Positions 56,562 through 64,000 of a stretch of 64,000 nt of DNA are shown here, in pieces. Origin of the DNA: a virus. Lineage: Duplodnaviria; Heunggongvirae; Uroviricota; Caudoviricetes. A program made the position numbers and the translations under genes. Each line of letters opens with the position of its first letter. Within the stretch, counting starts at the first letter, position 1. A model generated the notes under the pieces. That model saw nothing but the letters and a program-made list of their open reading frames with translations, made no database searches and was not told where the DNA came from. The stretch spans positions 1 to 64,000 of IMG/VR virus record IMGVR_UViG_3300006151_000006; one strand, 5' to 3'.

Positions 56562-57878
56562 ATGGCTACGAATACCAGTAACGATAAATTCAATGTTGAT
56601 TTGCTGGAAAGTATTTTCCGCACAAGCAAAAAAACAATACAAGAATATATTAGGGAAATTGAGCGATATTGTCGATTCAAATCTGTCCAAAACCAAGTTG
56701 TTAATGGGACAGTGCTTGATGACCGCAGTAAGCTGATTGACCTTTATGAAGCGTGTGTTCAACAGGACGCACATCTGTCTGGTGTGCTTGAAACTCTCGA
56801 ATCTCAGATTGTTGGTGAACGATATATGTTAGCAAAGCAAAATGAGAAAGGTCGCTATGAAAAAGATATAGAAGAAACTAAAAAAATTCAAGGCACTCAG
56901 TTTACCAAAATCATACGAGGTATCGTAGAGGCAAAACTTTACGGTTATACTGGCATTGAAATTTGTCCTGAGATTAATGAGCGGACCGAGCGTTTGAATG
57001 AGGTCAATATAATTGAGCGAAGGAATATTTTGCCCGACCAAAAGCGCATTGTTCGCAGACAGGGTATATGGCTACCGGGTTGGGATTTTGAAGACAAGAA
57101 ATATGAAAAGCTGTATGTGTTGATTAATTCTGGTACACTTGGACTTTTTTCTTCTACTACACCATTGATTTTGGCCAAGAAGTTCACATTTGCCAACTAT
57201 GTTAATTTCTCCCATACTTACGGTCAACCTATAATTCATGGGAAAACTGAAGGAGAAAGTATTCAAGATAGACACAGGATGGCAGATGAAATATCCAGTG
57301 CTGCTCAGAATAAGGTTATTGTTACTGGCTTGAATGATGAGGTGGACATCAAGACTTTTTCAATGTCCAACTCAGAGCATATATTCACCGGTCTTATTGA
57401 GCACGTTAATGCTGAAGTCTCGAATTTGATTCTTGGATCTGAGTCAATGGCTGGTGCCACTCAATCCTATGTTGGCGCAACACGAGCGCACCAAGACATA
57501 TTTCGTGACCGCATTGCTGTATATCGTGAATACATTGAAAATATTATGAATGAGGAAATTATTCCTCGTTTGGTCGCTATCGGCTATATTAAGCCGGGAT
57601 TGGAATTCAAATATTCAAATCGTCTGGAGATGTCCAACAAAGAGCAAATTGAGCTATTTTCCGCTCTATCTGATCGTTTTGAAGTACCATCGGAGGAAGT
57701 GGAAAAAACTTTTGGTGTAGCCGTTGGTAAGCAAATCAATCTTCAAACTGGAGGCGGTGGCGGCGTGTCTGTTGGAGAGGACGGAGTTACAGGCCCTCGC
57801 CGCATGTCTGACGAAGAATATTATCGTCGTTACGGTCACAGCCGTGGTGTGACAAATTTTTTGAGGGAGAGAAAGTAA
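56562..57878 (+). CDS. portal protein (Mu gp29 / DUF935-like)
   Basis: 438 aa, first gene of the plus-strand head module and directly upstream of a Mu-F homologue. Confidence 0.55.
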   Translation: MATNTSNDKFNVDLLESIFRTSKKTIQEYIREIERYCRFKSVQNQVVNGTVLDDRSKLIDLYEACVQQDAHLSGVLETLESQIVGERYMLAKQNEKGRYEKDIEETKKIQGTQFTKIIRGIVEAKLYGYTGIEICPEINERTERLNEVNIIERRNILPDQKRIVRRQGIWLPGWDFEDKKYEKLYVLINSGTLGLFSSTTPLILAKKFTFANYVNFSHTYGQPIIHGKTEGESIQDRHRMADEISSAAQNKVIVTGLNDEVDIKTFSMSNSEHIFTGLIEHVNAEVSNLILGSESMAGATQSYVGATRAHQDIFRDRIAVYREYIENIMNEEIIPRLVAIGYIKPGLEFKYSNRLEMSNKEQIELFSALSDRFEVPSEEVEKTFGVAVGKQINLQTGGGGGVSVGEDGVTGPRRMSDEEYYRRYGHSRGVTNFLRERK

Positions 57879-57916
57879 AGGGCACCGCTTTACTCTCCGA
57901 GGTACAAGCACAAAGG

Positions 57917-58738
57917 TTGCCCGAAGAAAATAAAGAACGTGATGAAAAAGAATATGCTGCGCTATTGGTTATATTCGAGCATCTTATGGAGTCTGATTCA
58001 GATGAAGATGGTCGCCTTGAAATTCTCGAAGAACTTATGGCTTTGCGAGCAGAACACCTTATTGGCCATGCTTGCAATGGGTTTAATTTGACAATTGAAG
58101 AAGCACTACAAGTGCTGAAAAATACAGAAGGTTTGTCTGAATTGGAATCTGCCAGACGAGATTGCTTGGTAGCTGCTGTCGAAAATTTAATAGATTTTGC
58201 GGTTGCGGAAGAATATCAAATGCTGTCCGAAATTGATGAGTTGGATGAATCTGACGAAGATGATGTGGACGAAGATGATATTCTCGCAATTTTTGCAAGA
58301 TATAATAAACAGTATGCTCGTGTGGAGAATTCAGACGTGGAGTATGCGATGATTATAGCTGCTGGTCTTGCTGCGTTGAAGCCGACAACAATATTGACTT
58401 ATATGACACAAGGCGATGAGCGAGTAAGACCTTGGCATTTGCAATATGAAGGCTTTTCTGCGCCAAAAGTGAGTTTTCCGGCTTGGCTTATCCCTCCTAT
58501 TGAACATCAATGTCGTTGCTATTTGATTGAAGACACTATTGAAAACAGTGTTAGAGCAGCCTCGCAAAAACTTGAAATGCCAGATTGGTTTAATCCCACA
58601 TTTAAAGAAAGCGTAGCTTTGGGCGGTAGAATATTCTCAGATGAACACCCATATTTCCAAGTTGATATAGAGCATAATGCCAATCTTCAGTTAATCGCTC
58701 AACGTATCAAGAATAAATATTTGAATGCCAGTAATTAA
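57917..58738 (+). CDS. head morphogenesis protein (Mu F / SPP1 gp7 family)
   Basis: MTQGDERVRPWHLQYEGF...PPIEHQCRCYL. Confidence 0.75.
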   Translation: MPEENKERDEKEYAALLVIFEHLMESDSDEDGRLEILEELMALRAEHLIGHACNGFNLTIEEALQVLKNTEGLSELESARRDCLVAAVENLIDFAVAEEYQMLSEIDELDESDEDDVDEDDILAIFARYNKQYARVENSDVEYAMIIAAGLAALKPTTILTYMTQGDERVRPWHLQYEGFSAPKVSFPAWLIPPIEHQCRCYLIEDTIENSVRAASQKLEMPDWFNPTFKESVALGGRIFSDEHPYFQVDIEHNANLQLIAQRIKNKYLNASN

Positions 58739-59210
58739 GATTACACCACAGCAGATGGCTGCTCAATGGGCTGGGGCCGCTCACAAATTTCAAATTGGGG
58801 TTCATAATTTTGAAGTGAAAGCTGGTCATGCTGCGGTGCAGGTATTCCAAGATTCATTCCTCAAAAAAAGAATGAATACTGCTGGTAGCCGACCTTGGGC
58901 ACCGTGGCAAGGAAATTATCGTGGTGGGGCGGGATTATTGCAAGAGTTTGGAACACTCAGAGATTCTATAAAAGTTGCAGCTCATGTAAAACATCGAATA
59001 ACGATTTTTACAGACCCAAAGGAATTTAATAATTCGGTACAACGTCATAAGGGGTTCTGTTATGCTGGGGTTCACAACAACCTGAATTCATTGGTCAACA
59101 AACCAAAGAAAGGACCTAAAAAAGAACGCCAATTCATCGGACACTCAACTGTGTTGAAAGCTGAACTTGAAAAGCTATCTGTTCTCATATTTGAAGGATT
59201 ACCTAAATGA
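58725..59210 (+). CDS. hypothetical virion-associated protein
   Basis: 161 aa, within the head module. Confidence 0.4.
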   Translation: MPVIKITPQQMAAQWAGAAHKFQIGVHNFEVKAGHAAVQVFQDSFLKKRMNTAGSRPWAPWQGNYRGGAGLLQEFGTLRDSIKVAAHVKHRITIFTDPKEFNNSVQRHKGFCYAGVHNNLNSLVNKPKKGPKKERQFIGHSTVLKAELEKLSVLIFEGLPK

Positions 59211-59926
59211 TTGTAGATAAAAATAAGCCTCAAAAGAAAGAAAGTAATCAGCAAAAGGTTGAGGCCATTGAGCTGCCAAAGACTCAAGAACAAGAATTGT
59301 ATGAGGCAAATCCATTGTCTGAAATATATAGAGCTGTAGAAAGCATTGTGCGAGAGTTGCGGGTTGACCCAAATAATCCGGAGAGTCCACCGTTATTTCG
59401 GACCGTTAAGCTGAACTCAGGGCAACTGACTCGTATTAAAAACGATAAACATAATCTTGAATATGGTTTGGCTTTCCCTGCTGTATTTATCCACCTCATC
59501 AATATTAGATGGTTGGTGCAGACCTCCAGAATTGGCGAAGGACGAGCAGATTTGCGTATTTGCTTTGTTTTGAATCGTTTGAATAATGGGGATGATGAAT
59601 ATCAGACTGAAGGCTATGATGTTTTTCAACGTGTGCATAATGCAATTGAAGCCAATAAGTCCAAGTTTGCGCCTTTGACTGAAAGGTGTCAATTGACGTA
59701 TTTTGATCAAGTCGAGAATTTTGACGATGGGCTACAGCAATATTGGATAACATACGAGGTATGGTTTAGAAATTATACGTCTTATCGTTATCGTAATTAT
59801 GTGGAGCGCAGCATTGTAATCCCTCCCTTTACAAATCATTCTGACCAGTTGCCGGAAAACAATCAAGATCACCACGACGACCATGATGATCCAAAATTTG
59901 AAGATGTTGCAGGCTTTCAGGAATAG
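59207..59926 (+). CDS. hypothetical protein with His/Asp-rich acidic tail
   Basis: 239 aa. Confidence 0.45.
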   Translation: MIVDKNKPQKKESNQQKVEAIELPKTQEQELYEANPLSEIYRAVESIVRELRVDPNNPESPPLFRTVKLNSGQLTRIKNDKHNLEYGLAFPAVFIHLINIRWLVQTSRIGEGRADLRICFVLNRLNNGDDEYQTEGYDVFQRVHNAIEANKSKFAPLTERCQLTYFDQVENFDDGLQQYWITYEVWFRNYTSYRYRNYVERSIVIPPFTNHSDQLPENNQDHHDDHDDPKFEDVAGFQE

Positions 59927-59976
59927 CCTGCAACAACCTTTCGTTTTTGGACTTGCTATTCTTCAGAAAATAGATA

Positions 59977-61281
59977 ATGGACGAAAACGAATACAAATAC
60001 ATTGTGGGGGAGGCTTCTGAGAATAAGCCTGCTGTCATTCGTTTCTACGGCCCAGTAACGCCAGACACCACTACTCGCTTTAATGATGAGTTTCTATGGC
60101 TTCAGAATTATGTAAAGCCATCTAAAATTTTGGTGTTAATCAATTCTGAAGGTGGCTCAGTTGTGTCAGGCATGAGTACCTTTTCAGTCATCCAGTCTTG
60201 TCCTATTGAAACACATTGTGTGATTGAGGGCATTGCTGCTTCGATGGGAAGTGTTATTTGGGCTGCTGGTTCAAAGCTCTTTATGCACGATTATTCAATT
60301 CTTATGATTCACAATCCATTTGTCAATGCAATTGACTCTCAGGATGAATCTACTAAGAATATGCTGAAGGCTTTTAGAAGTCAGCTGGAAACTATTTATC
60401 AGAAACGTTTTGGGTTGAAAAAGTCTGAGGTTCGAGCTATCATGGATGGTGAGGGAAATGCAGATGGTACATATTTGACAGCAAAAGAAGCTGTGAAAGC
60501 CGGGATTTTGCCAAAAGCCAATGTCATCAGTACCTCCGAGCAAGTTCGTGCCGACATACAGAGTAAAATTGAAGGATTAGGCAGTGCGTCCTCTATCCGT
60601 GACATCATGGCCGCGATGGTCAGCGATGAAGCGGAGAACAAACTTATCGAGAAAGCACTCGCTATTCTTGAACAAAATAAGCAAACTAATCAAACACAAC
60701 AAGTAATGAACGAAAAAGAACTGGCTTTTGACACTGTATGTGCGCAGCTTGGTTTGGCTAAGGACACTCCGGTAGCTTCCGTGACCCCTCGCATTACTGA
60801 GTTGACAAAGGCCGAGAGTGACCTTAATACTGTCAAGGCTGAGTTGGCTACTGCCAAAACAAGTCTAACAGATACCAAAGCAGAGCTCGACCAGTTGAAG
60901 ATTCAGTTTAAGGGAAAGGAAGCGGAGGCGAAGAATCTTGCCGATGAGCTTGCTGAAGCCAAGAACAAATTGAAAACGTATCAAGATGCAGAAGCAGCTG
61001 CGAAAGCCGCTCACATCGAAGAACTCGTTCAGGCCGCTGTGACAGCTGGCAAAATTCAAGTCGAGGATAAAGCTGAATGGATCAGTATGGCAGAAGCCAA
61101 TCTGCCACTTGTAGAGAAGACTCTTGCTGGCCTCGCACCTCGTGATAAAGTGACTGAGGAAATTGCAAAAGATCCTGAAAATGTGGAAGCTGCTGCAAAA
61201 TCCATGAAATCTACCGAAGAAGCTCTTGCTGAGAAAGTAAAGGCTGTAGTAGGCGACATCGAATTTAAAACTTTTAGCTAA
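59977..61281 (+). CDS. ClpP-like prohead serine protease fused to a coiled-coil scaffold domain
   Basis: LINSEGGSVVSG and GIAASMGSVIWAAG (active-site Ser) with MIHNP. The C-terminal 200 aa is Ala/Glu/Lys coiled coil. Confidence 0.7.
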   Translation: MDENEYKYIVGEASENKPAVIRFYGPVTPDTTTRFNDEFLWLQNYVKPSKILVLINSEGGSVVSGMSTFSVIQSCPIETHCVIEGIAASMGSVIWAAGSKLFMHDYSILMIHNPFVNAIDSQDESTKNMLKAFRSQLETIYQKRFGLKKSEVRAIMDGEGNADGTYLTAKEAVKAGILPKANVISTSEQVRADIQSKIEGLGSASSIRDIMAAMVSDEAENKLIEKALAILEQNKQTNQTQQVMNEKELAFDTVCAQLGLAKDTPVASVTPRITELTKAESDLNTVKAELATAKTSLTDTKAELDQLKIQFKGKEAEAKNLADELAEAKNKLKTYQDAEAAAKAAHIEELVQAAVTAGKIQVEDKAEWISMAEANLPLVEKTLAGLAPRDKVTEEIAKDPENVEAAAKSMKSTEEALAEKVKAVVGDIEFKTFS

Positions 61282-61297
61282 TCCATAAGACACAATA

Positions 61298-62356
61298 ATG
61301 GCAGGCAATATTAATTACGCCGGTAATACCTACTCCGGCGAAGTGCTGGAAGACCTTTTGGTCTATACCGCACAAGGTAATGATACATTTGCCGAGGGGT
61401 TGATTCACATCAAATCCGGTGTTCAGAAGCGTTATGTGCTTCCTCACATCGAACTTGGTGAAATTATTCAGGATAACAAGCCTACTCCAACTTCTGCTGA
61501 GGGTGGCGCAACTGAAGACGGTTTTAACCAGTACACTTTCTCGGAACGTTATCTTGATCCACAGGATTTCATGGTTTATCTTGAATTCAATCCTCGTGAC
61601 TTTGAAGAATACTGGAAGCCATTCCAGCCCGATGGCCAGCTCTTGTTCCGCGACCTTGACCCAAAGGTACAGTCGAAGATGCTACATCTTCTTATTGACA
61701 AGAAAGATCAGTACATCGGTGATTCTATCTGGTGTGCCCGCAAGGGTGGCGTAGATGCCAAGATTACATGTCCTGATGGCGCAACCGTTCTTGGTGGCAA
61801 GTCTGCTGCTGGTAGCATGAAGTATTTTGATGGTGCAATCGCTCGCATCCTCGATAACTTGACTACTACCGACAAAAATGAACTTGCTGGTGGACAGGCA
61901 ATTCTTGCCGGTGACACTGAGCTTACTACTGGTGAGCAAGTGGAAACCGCTCTATACACAATGTGGCGAGCATGTCCAAAGAAATTGCGTAAGCACTCGA
62001 ACCTGAAGTTCGTTATGGGCTGGGATCTTTGGGACCTCTATGACGAGTATCTGACCAGAAAAGAAGTGAAGTATGTTGAGAACGCTGACATTAACAAGCG
62101 TCGCTTCAAAGGCAAGTCTATCGTAGTCATTAACGGTGTTCCTGAACACACCATCGTTCTTGGTAAGTTCAACTCTGGTATGGACTCAAACCTTTGGATG
62201 GGTGTTGACTATGCTACTGACCAAGAATCTGTTAAGGTTGAACGCCTTCAGGCGAACTCTGAGCTCTACTTCTTCCAGATGCGTATGAAGATGGATGTTA
62301 ATATCGTGCTCCCTGCCGAAATTATCATCTGGACCGCATACAAGAAAACTGCGTAA
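61298..62356 (+). CDS. major capsid protein
   Basis: 352 aa, immediately after the protease/scaffold gene. Confidence 0.6.
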   Translation: MAGNINYAGNTYSGEVLEDLLVYTAQGNDTFAEGLIHIKSGVQKRYVLPHIELGEIIQDNKPTPTSAEGGATEDGFNQYTFSERYLDPQDFMVYLEFNPRDFEEYWKPFQPDGQLLFRDLDPKVQSKMLHLLIDKKDQYIGDSIWCARKGGVDAKITCPDGATVLGGKSAAGSMKYFDGAIARILDNLTTTDKNELAGGQAILAGDTELTTGEQVETALYTMWRACPKKLRKHSNLKFVMGWDLWDLYDEYLTRKEVKYVENADINKRRFKGKSIVVINGVPEHTIVLGKFNSGMDSNLWMGVDYATDQESVKVERLQANSELYFFQMRMKMDVNIVLPAEIIIWTAYKKTA

Positions 62357-62449
62357 CGTACCGGAGCGCGGAATTTTACCCGACAAGTAAAAACAGTGAT
62401 GGGGAGTGGAGAAAGAAACTCCGCTCCCCATTTCTAATTCTAACACATT

Positions 62450-62776
62450 ATGGCTAAGATTAAAGATACAGAAGAAATTGAAAAGTCAGTAGTTACAGAC
62501 GACGTAGAAGTCGCAATTCCTGTAGAAGTCGTTGAGGAAAATCAGCCGACTGTAGCAGAAGAACATAAGGCTGAGAAGCCTAAGAAAACTGGCAAGGGTA
62601 AGGCCAAAGATGAGCCTGTTATTGAGATGTCCGAAAGGGTAAAAGACATTCTAAAAGTCTTCTCGAACCAACCAGAATTGCTCATTGCTCCAGATGGAAG
62701 GGTGTTCTCTCCCGGATGCAAACTTGCTGTCGCAAAGGCCGCTATTCTTTACAAAAATCCTTATTATAACTCTTAA
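62450..62776 (+). CDS. hypothetical protein (head-associated)
   Basis: 108 aa with an acidic N-terminus. Confidence 0.4.
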   Translation: MAKIKDTEEIEKSVVTDDVEVAIPVEVVEENQPTVAEEHKAEKPKKTGKGKAKDEPVIEMSERVKDILKVFSNQPELLIAPDGRVFSPGCKLAVAKAAILYKNPYYNS

Positions 62777-62788
62777 CACTGAAAAACA

Positions 62789-64000
62789 ATGGCTTTAGGT
62801 GGCGTATTTATGACCGATACCGATGGTAATATTGGCGTTGAACACTCAAGTATTACCGATAAGGTCTGCGGTTTGCTTTTTGACATTTCGGCACAAACCG
62901 ATTTCTGGACAAAAGGCCCAGCTGCTGAAATGGCAGAACAATTGAAAGACGCTGTGGTTGAGCTCAACAGCTTAGATGATGTTGCAGCTCTGGGCATTAA
63001 AGCCTACACTGGCGAAACCGAAGACGGTATTAGCAAAGATTTTCTCTTTGGCATTCCATACTATCATATCGAACATTTCTTTAAATTGAATGGCGGCACT
63101 GGTCGTTTGTTTATCGCTTTTGCAGATTGCTCTACCAACTGGAATGCGCTTCTTGAAATGCAGCAAGCATCTGGTGGCATTATCAACCAGTTTGGTGTGT
63201 GGACTGAGCAGTCATTGTGGCGTGAAGTCGATGCTGATGCAGAGAAGTATGCAATTGAGATTGTTGATGACATTCAGCTTATTGCAAATTCTATGGCCAA
63301 TGAATACAATGCGCAGGCAGTCTTTGTATTGAATGCTAATCCTGCAAAAGTAAAGACTGCAACTGGCACACAGACTACAGTTGTGTTCAGTAAGATACCA
63401 TCTTGTATTATTGATTGCCGTTATATGGCTGTTGCGCTTAGTCAGGCTGTTGATACGCAAGTTCGTGCGATGCAGATTGCTCTTGACAGTAAGACTCCTG
63501 TTGGTAATATTGGTGCTGCACTTGGCCTTTTGGCGCGTGATAATGTGGCTGACAATATCGGCTGTGTAATGAATTGCAATCTGGGCAATTACTTCCCAGA
63601 CATTGAGCTTGGCTTTGGCGATTGCACAGTTACAGGAGATGCACTTACCAATTCGATGCGTTATTCTGCTCTTTCTCAGAAGCAGTTGAATAACCTTGAT
63701 GATTTAGGTTACATCTTTTTAATGAAATATGCCGGTCGAGAGGGGCAAGTATTTTTCAATGGCGACTCAACTTGTTCTGATGGAGATTATCGCACTATTG
63801 CTCGTAATCGTGTAATCAACAAATCTCGTCGTAATGTTCGTCAGGCTCTTTTGCCCTACGTTAACTACAAGATTAAAGTAGATCCGGCCACTGGTCAACT
63901 CTCTGCGGCACATATCGCATTGTTCCGTAATCTCGTAAATGATGTTCTGCAAGCAATGGCAGACAATGAAGAAATCAGCGGCATTGGTACCATCAGTATT
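62789..64000 (+). CDS. structural protein, 3' partial (runs off window end; possible tail sheath / major tail protein)
   Basis: ATG at 62789; frame open for more than 400 codons to the end of the window. Confidence 0.4.
   Translation, partial: MALGGVFMTDTDGNIGVEHSSITDKVCGLLFDISAQTDFWTKGPAAEMAEQLKDAVVELNSLDDVAALGIKAYTGETEDGISKDFLFGIPYYHIEHFFKLNGGTGRLFIAFADCSTNWNALLEMQQASGGIINQFGVWTEQSLWREVDADAEKYAIEIVDDIQLIANSMANEYNAQAVFVLNANPAKVKTATGTQTTVVFSKIPSCIIDCRYMAVALSQAVDTQVRAMQIALDSKTPVGNIGAALGLLARDNVADNIGCVMNCNLGNYFPDIELGFGDCTVTGDALTNSMRYSALSQKQLNNLDDLGYIFLMKYAGREGQVFFNGDSTCSDGDYRTIARNRVINKSRRNVRQALLPYVNYKIKVDPATGQLSAAHIALFRNLVNDVLQAMADNEEISGIGTISI

Overview
This 64 kb window reads as a segment of a large tailed phage genome. 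GC is about 42%, and the promoter-like motifs and IS481/SPFH/DUF1566 content suggest a Bacteroidota host, though that is an inference. Almost everything from position 1 to 43.9 kb is on the minus strand: terminase large subunit; an SNF2 helicase; a cluster of three ParB-like-domain proteins (one fused to a class-I SAM methyltransferase); a radical-SAM enzyme with a Cys-rich partner; an ASCH protein; a candidate anti-defence trio (Tad2/DUF2829-like, PRPP-synthetase-like, NAMPT-like, which looks like the NARP1 NAD+ reconstitution pathway); a tRNA array of 20 recognisable tRNAs plus 2 atypical tRNA-like elements, with an embedded SPFH lipoprotein and an HExxH protein; RNase H; a GC-rich IS481-family insertion; and a reverse transcriptase immediately followed by a tandem array of about 8 units, each a conserved leader plus a unique long palindrome. 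About 3 kb away there is a DUF1566/C-type-lectin-fold gene with a variable-repeat-like C-terminus and a GC hairpin. A 1.65 kb ORF-free region dense with short iteron-like repeats and a tRNA-like element marks a strand switch. Beyond it lie a replication-initiator-like protein, a tyrosine recombinase, an NAD-dependent DNA ligase, an antirepressor, dUTPase and, on the plus strand, a Mu-like head module (portal, Mu-F, ClpP-like protease/scaffold, major capsid). All calls rest on motif reading only; no searches were run.
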